64,000 bases of DNA from positions 101,432,001 through 101,496,000 of the forward strand of contig NC_058377.1 in the NCBI RefSeq assembly GCF_018350175.1, written 5' to 3'. The translations under genes were made by a program, and so were the position numbers. Below the pieces are notes generated by a model. That model ran no database searches. It was not told where the DNA came from and saw only the letters and a list, made by a program, of their open reading frames with translations. Numbering within the stretch: the first letter of the stretch is position 1; each line of letters opens with the position of its first letter. This DNA comes from Felis catus. Its lineage: Eukaryota. Shown piece by piece: positions 36,551 to 50,823 of the stretch.

Positions 36551-36815
36551 ATGAAATCCTACCCTATAAAATAACCAATTCAAAAATTTTGTAAAGCTCT
36601 ACTTTATGCCTATATGTATATATACAAGCATAATATGGCATTCTTGCTACAAAAATTAATTTTCTCTGTTTTACACATACACAAGTATGTATACACATGG
36701 ATATACATGTATATATACATCCATATATGTATGTGTCTGTATATACTGAAAATTCTATAAAATTCTGATTTGTTATTAGTGATCCTAAATCCCTGTCTTC
36801 TAAAAACAAAATCCA

Positions 36816-37306
36816 GGGGGCACCTGGGTGGCTCAGTCGGTTAAGTGTCCAACTTCAGCTCAGGTCATGCTCTCATGGTTTGTGAGTTTGAGTCCCGCAA
36901 TGGGGTCTGTGCTCATAGCTCAGNNNNNNNNNNNNNNNNNNNNNNNNNNNNNNNNNNNNNNNNNNNNNNNNNNNNNNNNNNNNNNNNNNNNNNNNNNNNN
37001 NNNNNNNNNNNNNNNNNNNNNNNNNNNNNNNNNNNNNNNNNNNNNNNNNNNNNNNNNNNNNNNACAGGGGCACCTGGGTGGCTCAGTCGGTTGAGCATTC
37101 GACTTCGGCTCAGGTCATGATCTCGCAGTTGGTGAGTTCGAGCCCCGTGTTGGGCTCTGTGCTGACCACTCAGAGCCTGGAGCCTGCTTCGGATTCTGTG
37201 TCTCCTTCTCTCTCTGCCCCTCCCCTGCTCATGCTCTGTCTCTCTCTGTCTCAAAAATAAATAAAACATTAAAAAAAAAGTAAAAACATTAACAAAGAAA
37301 TCGAAA
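36816..37306 (+). mobile_element. Two Can-SINEs spanning an N-gap, the second in the tail of the first
   Basis: Outer TSD taaaaacaaaatcca at 36801-36815 and 37307-37321. Confidence 0.85.
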
Positions 37307-37451
37307 TAAAAACAAAATCCAAATTAATTTAGTTGAAACATTAAATTTAATGTTTCAGACATATCATAGTTGAGATGGTTAACTATTTGAATGTTTTTTG
37401 AGTTGTCTCAGAACCTTTCGATATCTGAACACTTTCAGATAAATTAAACCG

Positions 37452-37840
37452 TCTTACCTTTGGCCTTAAGAGATCTTCACTAAAAGTAATTGTTTTTACT
37501 TTTAGTTTTGTTTTCTTGCTTTGGGAGGTATACCAGTTTTCTGTCTCACAATGTGAAATTTGTAGCTGGGATGAAAATGCAAGCGGTGGAAGAGATCCAG
37601 CTATGACAGAATTAAGACACGGTTAATTCAAAGAAGAGTAGAAAATGCTGCTTTTGAATCTGAAAGCAGACGGTCCACCTTATCAAGTCTGTGATGATTC
37701 TCTTGAGAGTTAGTCTCTGCAAAACACTAAAAATCAAAAGCTTGAAAGGTGCCAATCCAAAATTAAGACACACATTTGCTCTTCACTGAAGTAATTAAAC
37801 TACTTTCTCCCCAGTGAACAACTTATACCCTGGAGAGTAA
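37452..37840 (-). promoter_or_regulatory. Putative first exon and promoter of the OR5AP-like pseudogene
   Basis: Minus-strand AAG|GTAAGA at 37452-37457; TAATTA at 37792-37797; O/E-like TCCCCAGTGA (37808-37817) and CCCTGGAGA (37828-37836). Confidence 0.45.
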
Positions 37841-40551
37841 CTTAGGCACGTAGAGAAGTACAGAAGCTATTGCAGGGTCCTGAGACTCCATGGAGCATAA
37901 CACTAAATTAAACGGTATGAAATGGCCCAGCTCCAGCCTCTACACTTCAGAATTCCACTTAAAATGGGATCGCTCTTCATTTCTACTAGAATATGGCTCT
38001 CTCGGTGTATTAATTAATTAATTAATTAAACAAATATCTACCAGTATCCTTGGTACTGAGAGAGTAGCCAATAAAACCTATCTTGTTCAATCCTTTATTC
38101 AGCTTGCAGTCTGGAGTCGGGGTGTGGACAGTTATCACAGGGTGATCAGAAAAAGTGAAGTCCAAAGACACTTGGTGAACTACCGGGCTTGTTTGATCAA
38201 TCACTTCTTCTCAAACACCTTCCTCATTGCATGTCTTTTCCTCCTTTCATTTGTTCATACTGGTCCACACATACGTGTCTCCTGCTATTCCTTTGGCAAA
38301 CCGAGGAGAATTTTGCCTCAGGGCCTTTATAGTTACTGTAAGTATACCTGAAATGCTTTTCCACAGACATTCAGATGATATTACCTTTATTCAAGCCTTG
38401 ATCAAATGTTATTTCCACAGAGAACTCTTCTCTGACACCACCATTCCCTACTCTAATACCTGGTTTACTATTCTTCAAAATACCACTCATACCCATGTCA
38501 AACACGTGCACATGTACACACACACACACACACACACATACATGCACATTTGGCATAGAAAATAAAGTCTTCCTCACTGGAATATAAGTTTGGGAAGATT
38601 AGAACCTTTAATTTTTTACCTGCTATATCTCCAGTACGAGTTACATGCTAGTTTTTCCATTAATAGCTTTTTGACTGTTTTATTGAAGTATACATGTGCC
38701 CAGATGCAACAAAGTATATACATTAAATGTGGGCAGAGTTTTGTATATCTATGAACAATTTTTTAATGGATTATGGCTCAAGATGTAAAGGGTGTGTATT
38801 TCCTTATTCTAAGCACAAACTATGGACAAGTAGCAGGAAACACAATTTATACCTTAATGTGGAAAAAGATATTTTAAGCTCAAAGATACATAGGTGTGAA
38901 GCTAAGATATAGACCCTCCTAGTAGTACAAAGTTGTAATCTCCTGAAATACCAAGTAAACGTAAGACAGAAGAACAATGTTTAGAGACAGTAATGTGAAG
39001 CTCTTATGTGTCCTTGACAAGACTGGGTTCAATGGAGAGGCAGTACAGAAATACAACTGGAACATGCAGTGGGATTTGAGAAAGTAGAGACGAGGGGTAC
39101 AGGTAGTTATTTTGAAAACGTTCATTGTAAAGAGAGCAGAGAAATAAGTTGGTGACTGGATAAGACTTTCAGCCAAAGAAATTATTAAGAAGGGTGATAC
39201 TAGAAGATGCTTATAAACAAATGAGAACATTCCAGTAGAGTGTTTTGAAGTAAAGTTTACGGAAAGCTCCAAATGTGTGCCAGAACTGGGTTTAGGGACA
39301 AGCAAGGGATACAATATCCATTTGACAAGTGGGAATAAGAGTATATGTAAAAAGATTAGAGACGGCAAGATGGGGATGATCTTGTCTAAATGTTTTTGTT
39401 TTGAAGAAAGAAGTATGACACGAGATCGGCAGCAAGGAATGGCATGCTGAGAGGTGTTCTCTAATTGTACTAAGCAGCTTCAAGGGAGGACAGAACAAAG
39501 AAACAATTTAGTTTCACTAAGTTGGGATTTAGTCAGATGTGCAGAATGGAGAGAAAGTAGAGCATGGAATTGAGGGTGATTGAGGATGAGTTGTTGTTTG
39601 ATGGACCATGGAATTTCAGCTGGGCACTGAGAGTAGCGATGAATATTGATCAAGGGCAACTCGTCTCAGGTTGTACTTATTCAAGAAGCAACAGAAGGAC
39701 AGATATTATAGCATATGAGTCAGAATAAAAGGGAACAGGAAGGAGGATACCAAGCATGATACAGTTTTGAATATCTTTGAGAGAAACGTTGATTAACACT
39801 TGAAAGTGGAAGTTATAGGGGGATGGAACTATTCAGAGTGGACATGGTGAATTAACACATTTTTGTGGTCTCTAACCAATTTGGGAGGTGGGGAGTGAGG
39901 TGATCTTACTTGGAGGATGAGAAGTACTGGTGTGCTCCCTCAAGGTCTCGAAGGGATAGTGAGATGGAGAGAAATAGGGAGTAGACATTTACCTGATTCC
40001 AAATCATCGGCCTCCTTTGACATGCCATCTCATGGAAGAAGGCAGTTCCCCCATTGTTCCTACATTGACAGTGCCCTGCCCCACTACCATGAACAAAAGA
40101 TAGGTAATTTACTTTCAATACACATTTATTGAAAACTATACGAAACTCTGGGAGAAGTGAAGATTAAAAGTTAAAGTACGTTGAATCATTACCCTCAAAA
40201 TGTTCCAGTTAATTTACAAAATCAGGAAAATACTACTCTGTTATTGCAGTTGTACCCATATTATAGATATCAGATCAAGAAAAGCTAAATATTGACATTG
40301 GATCGTAAGCCCAAGTCAGCCAAATCTAAGTATTTTGATACTTTACCAAGCACCAACCTCCCCCCACTGTGTTTATTCATCCTATAGGCCCATGAATACA
40401 CATTTAAAAAACCAGAAGATTTAGAAGAATACCCCCATTTTAAACAATCAACTTTAATATACACAAACACACAAAGCTTAAGCAACCAGACAATAAAATT
40501 AATGTGAAAACGTATTTTCTTCTGCATAACAGGATGATATATAACATGGCT

Positions 40552-41505
40552 TTACAGCATGTGTTTCTGTAAGATCTTCTTTAGGGCCCCTTTCACATCC
40601 TTATTTTTCAAACTGTAGATGAGGGGGTTTAACATAGGAATCACTACTGTATAAAAGACAGAGACAATCTTGTCCTGTTCCATTGAATAGCTAGATGTAG
40701 GGCGCAAGTACATGAAGAGAATTGTCCCAAAAAATATGGTGACAGCCATGAGGTGGGAGGCACAGGTGGAGAAGGCTTTGTGCCTGCCCTCTAAAGAGGG
40801 AATCCTCAAGATGGCAATGAGGATACACAGGTAAGAAATGAGAACAACCATAACACAAGTGATGACATTAAAACTGGAGAAAACCATGATCACAATGCCA
40901 TTGATGCGAGTGTCAGAGCAAGACAGCTTGAGCAGGGGTGGGGTGTCACAGTAGAAATGGTTGATCCTATTAGAGCCACAAAAGGACAATCTGAAAGTCA
41001 TTCCTGTGTGTATGGCTGCATTCCCAAAGCCTGCTAGGAAAGACATAGCTACTAGCAAGAAACAAATTCTCCCAGACATGAGAACTGAGTACAGCAGAGG
41101 GTTCCAAATGGCTGCATAGCGATCATATGCCATCATAGCCAACAGGAAGCATTCAGTCCCCAAAAAGGAACCAAAGAAGTAGAACTGGGCAGCGCATCCA
41201 TTAAAAGATATGGCTTTGTTCTCAGCCACAAGGTTCACCAGCATCTTAGGAGTGACAGAAGAAGAGTAAGAGGCATCAACAAAAGAGAGGCTGCTGAGAA
41301 AGAGGTACATTGGAGTGTGGAGACAAGGATCCATCTTAATTAACACCATCATCCCTAAATTACCCACCATGGTTGCCATATAGATTAACAGAAACAATCC
41401 AAAGAGGACACTCTGTAGATCTGAGTTGTCTGAGAGTCCTAAGAGGATAAATTCTGTCACTTCTGTTTGATTTCGTCCTTGAACCTCTTTCATATATCTT
41501 CTCAT
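40552..41505 (-). CDS. OR5AP2: Olfactory receptor family 5 subfamily AP member 2, intact (317 aa from MRRYMKEV)
   Basis: [48 protein letters not shown]; close match to recalled human OR5AP2; splice acceptor ttcttgcAG at 41511-41512 places the ATG at 41529 in the intron. Confidence 0.9.
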   Translation of the reverse strand: MRRYMKEVQGRNQTEVTEFILLGLSDNSDLQSVLFGLFLLIYMATMVGNLGMMVLIKMDPCLHTPMYLFLSSLSFVDASYSSSVTPKMLVNLVAENKAISFNGCAAQFYFFGSFLGTECFLLAMMAYDRYAAIWNPLLYSVLMSGRICFLLVAMSFLAGFGNAAIHTGMTFRLSFCGSNRINHFYCDTPPLLKLSCSDTRINGIVIMVFSSFNVITCVMVVLISYLCILIAILRIPSLEGRHKAFSTCASHLMAVTIFFGTILFMYLRPTSSYSMEQDKIVSVFYTVVIPMLNPLIYSLKNKDVKGALKKILQKHML

Positions 41506-42405
41506 TTCAGCTGCAAGAAGATGAAGCATGGTGTTTGGTCAGATATAAACACGAAAGAGACATAAACATCGTTTTATTGACATGTATGTACAGAAATTCC
41601 AAAAATGTGTTGGACTGATGTCAAGTCAAAAGACATCAAAAGACTCTGCTAAGTTCTAGGTGTACTGCCTACTAACTAATGACCTTGAGTTGAGTGACTT
41701 AATATATACATTAACCTAGCTCATGTCTAGCATTAACTGTTTATTGGATAATTATACGAACTTAACCTTAAGATGTATCTCTCTTCATTATTTATGATAA
41801 ATAAATTAATTGATATATTAACACATAGTGTCTGGACACAACTTCTGGAGAAAGATGGCAAATGAACTCAGACCACTTCCTACTTCTCAGTATTAATGGA
41901 ATGAATTAAAAACAGTGAAAGCTAGTAAAATTAGTTAAAAGTACCAAATAAAAAGAAAAGAGTTGAATCTCCTGGGGATGGGAGGAACTTTAAAAATTGA
42001 TAGCTAAGGGGGAAAAAAGAGGAAATCCCCATGCAACTAGCATGTTTGCAAACCTACTGGAATTTTCCAGTATCAGTATCTACAGAGGGGAAAAAAAGTA
42101 TTTTCTAAGTACTGAGAACTTTGAATAATTCCCTCCAATATTTAGAGAATCAGATTGTAAGAATTAATAGACATCCCAGATGAAAGTAATAGAGCAAGCC
42201 ACAGCAGTGAGACCCTCTACCTAACATTCAGATTCCCAGGATCACACCAGAACTGGAAAGCATGAGAAGCAGCAACACATGGAATGTTCCAGCTACAGTG
42301 TTGTATTGGGGGAATCACACACTGCCAGATAATTTAACTGGAAATAAGATTCGCTCCTGGAAAAGTGTAAAAAAGCCAAATACAGGCAAAAGAAATAAAG
42401 AAGGT

Positions 42406-43178
42406 NNNNNNNNNNNNNNNNNNNNNNNNNNNNNNNNNNNNNNNNNNNNNNNNNNNNNNNNNNNNNNNNNNNNNNNNNNNNNNNNNNNNNNNNNNNNNNN
42501 NNNNNNNNNNNNNNNNNNNNNNNNNNNNNNNNNNNNNNNNNNNNNNNNNNNNNNNNNNNNNNNNNNNNNNNNNNNNNNNNNNNNNNNNNNNNNNNNNNNN
42601 NNNNNNNNNNNNNNNNNNNNNNNNNNNNNNNNNNNNNNNNNNNNNNNNNNNNNNNNNNNNNNNNNNNNNNNNNNNNNNNNNNNNNNNNNNNNNNNNNNNN
42701 NNNNNNNNNNNNNNNNNNNNNNNNNNNNNNNNNNNNNNNNNNNNNNNNNNNNNNNNNNNNNNNNNNNNNNNNNNNNNNNNNNNNNNNNNNNNNNNNNNNN
42801 NNNNNNNNNNNNNNNNNNNNNNNNNNNNNNNNNNNNNNNNNNNNNNNNNNNNNNNNNNNNNNNNNNNNNNNNNNNNNNNNNNNNNNNNNNNNNNNNNNNN
42901 NNNNNNNNNNNNNNNNNNNNNNNNNNNNNNNNNNNNNNNNNNNNNNNNNNNNNNNNNNNNNNNNNNNNNNNNNNNNNNNNNNNNNNNNNNNNNNNNNNNN
43001 NNNNNNNNNNNNNNNNNNNNNNNNNNNNNNNNNNNNNNNNNNNNNNNNNNNNNNNNNNNNNNNNNNNNNNNNNNNNNNNNNNNNNNNNNNNNNNNNNNNN
43101 NNNNNNNNNNNNNNNNNNNNNNNNNNNNNNNNNNNNNNNNNNNNNNNNNNNNNNNNNNNNNNNNNNNNNNNNNNNNNA
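42406..43178. other. Largest assembly gap (773 N). Others: 251-393, 14462-14589, 36924-37063, 48879-49010, 50851-50997, 51259-51395
   Basis: N runs; this one is flanked by GAAA/GGAA purine-rich sequence. Confidence 1.
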
Positions 43179-43990
43179 AGGAGACGGGAAGGAAGGAAGA
43201 AAGAAAGAAAGGGAGAAAGGGAAAAGAGAAGGAAAAAGAAAACCCAGCTTAGAGATTCCAAGTAAAAGTTTAGGTAACAAACAGCTCCAGTGAAATTCTT
43301 CCCCACTCCCAGCCCAATCCTCTACCCCTTCCATGACCTCAGAGTATTAAACAATAGATAAAACTGTGCTGGGCTAGCTGTAAAATCATAGTTCAAAGTG
43401 TTAAATCATTTCTCACTCACAGCAGGAAGTTATTTGATACTGTCTAAAATTAAAACATGGGACGAAAGTAACCCAGTATCTCTGCTAACACTGGAGATAA
43501 TGGATCTCTTGAGCACAGTTGGGGAGAAGAGAGCACAGGAGCTGGTCCCATTCTCACAGACAGTGTGATACTCAGAAGTGCCTATCCATGCTCTGCTCCA
43601 GCTAGTTTCCATTGGAATAGGAATAGGGGTTCAATGATAAACCTGGCATTGTCTGTCAGACAGTATTGTAATGGTTTCTAACTGTGATTGTACCCATTAT
43701 CTTATCCTTGCATCACTACAAATCAGTGGAGATAAGCAGATATTACCCTAAGAGTGTTAATAAGATTACCTTTTGTTAGATGAGGTAATGAACTCAGCTA
43801 ACTGGTGGTGAATTTGGAGCTTAGAATGACGCTGGGTTGATGCCAAATTACTTGCTGTTTCTCAACACTGTGTTGCCCCCTCCCTATTTCATGGTACAGA
43901 TGTCTAGCCCTGGTCCTCTTCCTTGAAATAATCTTACTATTTAAATTTCAAAGAATAGCATCTCCAGAAGGAATTAAAAAGGAGGAATGG

Positions 43991-44206
43991 GGGGCCCCTG
44001 GGTGGCTCAGTCATTTGAGCGTCCGACTTTGGCTCAGGTCGTGATCTCGCGGGCTGTGAGTTCGAGCCTGCATCCGGCTCTTTGCTGACAGCTCAGAGCC
44101 TGGAGCCTGTTTCAGATTCTGTGTCTTCCTCTCTCTCTGACCCTCCCCCGTTCATGCTCTGTCTCTCTCTGTCTCAAAAATAAATAAACGTTTAAAAAAA
44201 ATTTAG
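43991..44206 (+). mobile_element. Feline Can-SINE
   Basis: TSD aaaaaggaggaatgg at 43976-43990 and 44207-44221. Confidence 0.95.
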
Positions 44207-44258
44207 AAAAAGGAGGAATGGATCTTTTTCTCTTATCGCAATCAAAAAAATTCCCTGA

Positions 44259-44465
44259 GGGGCGCCTGGGTGGCGCAGTCAGTTAAGCGTCCGACTTCAG
44301 CCAGGTCACGATCTTGCGGTCCGTGAGTTCGAGCCCCGCGTCGGGCTCTGGGCTGATGGCTCAGAGCCTGGAGCCTGTTTCTGATTCTGTGTCTCCCTCT
44401 CTCTCTGCCCCTCCCCCATTCGTGCTCTGTCTCTCTCTGTCTCAAAAATAAATAAACGTTGAAAA
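44259..44465 (+). mobile_element. Young feline SINEC_Fc
   Basis: TSD aaaaaaattccctga; CpG-rich body. Confidence 0.95.
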
Positions 44466-45072
44466 AAAAAAATTCCCTGAGAGGATTATTATATCAGAAA
44501 CAGTGAAAAATAAATAAATAAAATGCTATAGACATTGTGTGTGCATGCACACGGCAGAGACACAAAGAAAGGTAATGACGAGCAAAGTACTAAAATACTA
44601 AAATGTGTTGAGCATTCCCTATGCTTTACAGGCACTGTGTTAAGTATTTTTCCTGAAATATTTTATTTAAACCCTATGAGGAAAGCAGTATTATAATCTT
44701 CAGTTTACATGAGAAATGGGAGGTGCAAAAGATCTGTGACTCTCCCAGAGTCACAGATTTAAACCAATGGAGTCTAATTTATACCCAGCTAATGCGACTC
44801 TCATTCTCCTAACATTTGAGATCATTGAGAATGACCTCCTCAATAACAGATGTGAGCATTAATACACAGAGGAATTGATATTGTAATTATCAGAGCTTCA
44901 GTAATATGCCAGAATATGTTTAGTTACATATAGAAAAAAAGTCTGTGTATCTCCTGAAGAGAAAATATAATTGCCAAAAATATAGTTGCTAAAAATTGTC
45001 TTTCTTAGAATTTACATTCATTAATTTGCTTTATTGATTAGCAAAATACCATTTGAACAGAGAATTTATTTA

Positions 45073-45880
45073 ACATACCTTCTTAGCTTCTCAGTGCTCC
45101 TGGAGATTTGGGTATATGGTTAATTGGAGAAATGTACAAAGTTGTGGATTTTTCTTCAGGTCAGTAAGTTAAACAGGCAGAACCCTTTGTATCTTTTCCT
45201 GACCTTTGTGGACTGCTTGACTTCTATTTGGTCCTTTTACTTGTTTCTAATGATTAAATTCTCCAAAAACAAAACAAAACAAAAACAAAAAACAAAAACA
45301 AAAAAAGAAACACACATCAAACTTTCTCAGAGAAGACATTCATCAATGCTCCCAAGTTAAGCAGTAGGCACAGTTAGAATAGACTTTCGGCATCATTCAT
45401 TACAGAGATAAGAAAAAAACCCTTTATAACCTTCCCTGTCAAAAGAGAGTTACTTTGCATTCTTTCCTACTTTCCCTTAACAATAAGTACTGCAATTTGT
45501 TATATCAAGGTAAAATACATTTTAAAATATAAAATATATTGCTGCACTGAGGCTGTAATATTGTTTGCAATTATTTCCAATTGTAGAGTCTCTGGATAAG
45601 ACTGGAGTAAGCATTCTGAATTATTTTCAATAGGATATATTTCTTGTTCTTCAGTCTCTGGGGACTGCATCCCTTGTGTCGTGTCATCTCATGTTAATCT
45701 ACTCTTTTTCCCTCTGAAGCTAAGGAAATCATATTTTCTCTTCACAGTTCTTTCCTTTGCCCTAGGGATACCTAAGCCTAGTGGAGAATGAATTTCCAGT
45801 TCTGCATTTCTAACCCCCACTAAACATTCTTCTTCTGTCTCCCCCTACAGCTGGTGGTCTGATTCCCTTAGGAGCATTGA
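45073..45880 (-). promoter_or_regulatory. Candidate 5' exon/promoter region of OR5AP2
   Basis: Minus-strand donor AAG|GTATGT at 45073-45078; TAATTG at 45121; O/E-like CTCCTGGAGA (45097), GCCCTAGGGA (45759-45768), TCCCTTAGGAG (45864). Confidence 0.35.
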
Positions 45881-46786
45881 AAGAATCCACAAAATAGTAG
45901 GTTAGCTCTACCTCTGCCTTCTGGAAGGACTTTGGGTACTTACAAGAATTTATGCTAGCTGGATCATGGTGAGGGGCTGATTGGAGGAAACACACAGAGG
46001 TAACTATGGAGCAGGAAATCTCAAAGAGCTTCAGAATAAGAACAGAACTCATTTCTAATCCTCACTTGACTGTCATTCAAGGAGGTACCAGATGATGTTC
46101 TATCTCTCTTCTACCATGATGGGGACCATCAGAAATTAGGCTGCAAAGTGATCTCCATGGAGCACTCAGATTATTCTAACACTGGATACTGGAATGTGAA
46201 GTTGGTGCCATAAAAGATACCCATTGATAAGGTTGCAATGAACTTTTTATGAAGAACCATGGGACTCTAAAGCCTAGTAAGCAGGCAACAAACATTTATT
46301 GATCAACTAACAGAAACCATACTAACCTGTAAAGATGTGACCTCCCCTTTAAAGGAGCTTACATATTAATATGGATTATGAACCAGCTGGTCATCTCCTG
46401 GGTCGTAATCAGAAGACAGTAGAGCCAAGCAATAATAGCGACTAATATTAACTGAGTATTATTTGCCAAGGGTCCTGCTAAACACATGCATTTTTTTTAT
46501 TTCTATTAAGCACCCCCATCACAGATAAGTAAACTGGGGACTTGAGAAGTGACTTGTCCAAATAGTTAATACACACCAGAACTGGGACTCAAACATGTTT
46601 TTTTATTACTCCAGAATGAGCATTGCTAACCATTTTGTGTCATCACAGCCCAAAAGTAGCAAAGAGTTTGTGAAAAATATCCTTCTGTGATAAATGTAAA
46701 TAACATATAAACTACAATAATGACGATTGACTTATTTGATGCCCTCTGGACAAGATCAATTAATCGGGAATAATGCATATGATACT

Positions 46787-47319
46787 TCTGATGGCTAATT
46801 TGACGAGCCAACTTGACGGAGCTAAGGGATGCCCAAAGCTAATAAAACATTATTTCTGGATGTGTCTGGGGGGGGGGGGGGTTCTTGGGAAGAGATTAGC
46901 ATGGGAATCAGTAGAGTGAGTAAGGAAGATCACTCTCGCCATTGTGGGTGGGCATCATCTGATCCTTTGAGGGCCTGAACAGAACAAAAAGGCAGAGGAA
47001 GAGGGAGTTTGTTCTCTCTGCTTGAGCTGAGACATCTATCTTCTCCTGCTGGAACATCAGCACTCCTGAATCTCAGGCTTTCAAACTCAGACCAGAAACT
47101 TCACCTTACCCCACACCCCCATACCATTTTGAAGCTTTGGGCCTCAAACTCAATTACGCCACTGGCTTTCCTGGTTCTTCAGCTTGCAGACAACAAATCG
47201 TGGGACTTCTCAGCCTTCATATCCACATGAGCCTATTCCTACACTAAATCCCCTTTTATCTAGATTTACATATCCATCTCCTATTGGGTCTGCTTCTCTG
47301 GGAAACTCTGACCAGCACA
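46787..47319 (+). mobile_element. MLT2-type (ERVL) solo LTR
   Basis: tgatggctaattt...gctaagggatgccc...aacattatttctgg...cagcttgcaga...ctcctattgg...tctctgg...aca matches recalled MLT2B. Confidence 0.85.
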
Positions 47320-47454
47320 GTAGTCTTGGCGGTGTTGTTTGCCAAAAGAAAGAATGCATCAGTTATTAGGGGAAAAGTGTAAAGCTAGATGTCTAATGTA
47401 GTAAACTATATCACCCCTTAATTGAGAATTATTATTAATATCAGATGCTTGGAA

Positions 47455-47630
47455 TCAAGAAGTTCTCAATGGAGGTGGTGTTTTTCCTCTGGGGACATTA
47501 TGGGAATTTATGGTTGTCACATGAAGGGGATAGAATCCAGTAGGTAAGGGGCAAAAATGCTAAAAGCCTGCCAAGTGCAAAACAGTCCCTAACAACAAAG
47601 AACTCTCCATGTCCCAGGGTATTCAAGTTT
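47455..47630. mobile_element. MER20-like hAT DNA transposon relic
   Basis: gttctcaa...ggggacatt...ggttgtcac...tccagtagg...acaacaaagaa. Confidence 0.65.
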
Positions 47631-48688
47631 ATTTCAGGTATAAGATACTCAATACATAAATAAATACATGGCGAAATAAATGCTAAATTATTTATTGTAA
47701 ATTGCAAATTCTCTTCTTTTTATTTCTCCTCTTTAAATTATGTGTGTAGGTAAATTATTCATGAATGTCATTTCAGGAACACAGAGGGGGCAACATAAGC
47801 TGCTTGCTATAAAAATATGTCATTGGGGTCTGAGAGAGTATATATATCCATTGTTCCAGAGGATACCTACATACTACTCACAAGCCACCAAAAGTTTCAT
47901 CTAAATAGATCTTATATCATCTGGCAAAACCAAGAAGAATTCCCTTGTTAAGCTTTGGAGGCTCATTTCATTTTAACTAAATCTTTATTAGGACAGTGTT
48001 AGATGTAGCCACGTTCTACCACACCATACCCAAAAACTACTACTTCTACTCCTACTATCATATTATCAATTAAAAAAAAAAACAGAGAGAGATAAAATTT
48101 AGTAAATTGGTAAAAAGTAAAATTAACCTAATAAGCTCATATAAACAAACAAACCTCCAGTTAGAAAGTTTATATGTAAGATAAGATATTCATTTTTTGA
48201 TTGCTGAACCAAAGATCTAAGCATAAACCAAGTACAAAATGTTCAAAGCAGGGTAACGGAAAGGTACAGAGGTAGACTTGAACAAGTTATGAAGACATAC
48301 ACACTATTTGATAATAAGACTTAATGGAATAAATGTGGCAATTCTCCCTAAGTTAATTTATTAATGTAATGTAGTCTCAAAAATATCCTCAGACTTTTTC
48401 CCTAAGTAAGTTGACTATAAAGTTTATGTAGAAAAATTTTTAAAAATTCTATTATAGTCATGACAACCCTGGGAAAAAAAAAACAAAAGAAAACAAGTGG
48501 AGGTGGGACTAGATTTGCTGTTGTAAAATATATAAGGGAGTGTATAATTTAAAAAGGAATTATTGAAGAATGATTTGTATAGAATGGTGAAGAAACAAGG
48601 GAATAGAACAGAAAAATACAAATATAGACTCTATGAAATGAAAATTCAATTCAAAAAATTGGGAAAAGATAATTTTTAAAATAAATGT

Positions 48689-48878
48689 TGGGGCACCTGG
48701 GTGGCTCCGTCAGTTGAGTGACAGAGTTCTGATTCCAGCTTAGGTCATGATCTCACAACTGTGAGATCTAACCCCACATCAGCCTCCACGCTGATCATGG
48801 GGTCTGCTTGGGATTCTCTCTATGTCTCTCTCTCTCTCCCTCTGGCCCTCTTCCCTGCTTGTGCTCTTTCACTTTCAA
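48689..48878 (+). mobile_element. Can-SINE within old L1M relic (about 48000-49140), truncated by gap
   Basis: ggggcacctgggtggctc head and CT tract. Confidence 0.85.
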
Positions 48879-49320
48879 NNNNNNNNNNNNNNNNNNNNNN
48901 NNNNNNNNNNNNNNNNNNNNNNNNNNNNNNNNNNNNNNNNNNNNNNNNNNNNNNNNNNNNNNNNNNNNNNNNNNNNNNNNNNNNNNNNNNNNNNNNNNNN
49001 NNNNNNNNNNATATGCCCAAGGATATTGATTGCTGCATTTTTTTCTTCTAATAGTAAAAGATCAGAACCAATTCAAATGTCCTTCAACAGGATACTTTAA
49101 ATAAGCAATGTTACATCCATATAATGGATTATGAGTTGGAGAAATGAGAGAATATTTATTTCAAATCAAGCTTTGACTTATCAATAAATCTTATAAAAAA
49201 GTGAACATGTCAATGTTATTAGGAATTAAATTTTAATCATAAAATGAGATTTAAGAATACAGGTACAAAGCTGGATAAAACAACAATAACAATAACAACA
49301 ACAAAAACAACAAAAACAAA

Positions 49321-49321
<1 letters not shown>

Positions 49322-49364
<43 letters not shown>
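49322..49364. repeat. (CA)n microsatellite (similar tracts at about 26859-26886, 35546-35574, 60126-60158)
   Basis: About 21 CA units. Confidence 0.95.
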
Positions 49365-49366
<2 letters not shown>

Positions 49367-50773
49367 CATCCACTATCTCCTGGCTATAAGAGCTCACTTC
49401 AGGTTTAAGGACATACATGGACTGAAAGTCAAAAAATGGAAAAAGATATTACAAAGGTTTTTTTAATTCTTTTAAAAATTTTATTCTTGAATCTCTTCTT
49501 TTAGGATGAAACTTTATCTCAAGTCAAATAGCATTTCCAAATAAAGCAGATTTTTTCAAAATATCAGGTAGGCAGTGAGAATCTTATAACTGTTCATTTT
49601 CTTTTTCTTTATATAAATGGGAAACTGAAACAATTTGTGTGTGAACTCTCATATGCATCTTATGTACTTGTATGCCACCCTTATGCCAGACTGCCTTCAT
49701 GTCCAGTTTAAAGATGGCCCATCCATATCACATGGAAGCTATCATCCTCTGTGAAAAGACTTTTAGGCATCAACAAACAGACCTAAGTTAGCATCAAAAT
49801 CATACCCAGTAGGCAGCTTTGGGCTGGAAAAATAGTGCATGCATTTCTGCTTGAATCAGTCACCACACTGGAGCGGCAGAAAAGAAGTCCCTTGTGTTTC
49901 CTTCTTTTTATCATTACGATGGAAAGAGGAAGGAGTGAAATTCCTTAGGGGTGACGTTCATCAGAACTTCCAGTCTCCTGTGACTGCAGAAATCATGTCA
50001 GCTCTTTTCTTCTGAGGATAGCGTGTGACTCTGAAACTTGATAAAACCTCCTGCACACAGGAGCAAAGGTGGCTGAGCTAGGAGTTCAGGGACTGCTGCC
50101 AGCGTGAGTCACCACCTTTGGATTCTTTTCAGAATATTTGCTCATTGTACCCATCAAATGAAGAGGAGACATTATCCCCAACTGGTAGAAAACAAATCAG
50201 GGCACAGGTCAGTATGGGGACAGATGGCCAAAAGACATGACCATTAGGGATGGGGCATGACCCTGCCTGTGCTCCTCTGAGCATGGCTTTACTTGGCATT
50301 GGGGCCATGCCACTTTAAATGTTCAAAAGTAGACATAAACTATGGGTTTGGCTTTTAGATACTTCACAATAAGTACGCACTCAGAAAATACTAGAGTAGA
50401 AAAGTCACGTAGAGTTTGGATTCTTCACCCTATTCCTTTCACAGATAAGGAGGCTGCATCTAATGCAACAATTCATCAAGTTTGAACACCTAATTAGTGG
50501 AAAAAACAGGATAACAACCAGGATCCCAGACTCTTATTCTAGAATTCTTTTCATGTGAACATGCAAAAAGAGATGATACATAGAAATCTAAAATATATTT
50601 GACCTGTATTAGCTTGCATAAGACAATACTTTTGCTGGTCTTTTTTGTTAATAGAGTTTAACTATGGAATATTCGTATTTATTCAATATTCCACCATTTC
50701 TTCAAGAGTCAGATCAGTTGAAGTTTACCTACATGAGACTACATGAGACTACATATATACCAGTGTCACGTAG

Positions 50774-50823
<50 letters not shown>

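Noticed and set aside
42262-43334. Long 337-343 aa ORFs, and other X-rich ORFs
   Set aside because: Artefacts of translating through N-gaps.
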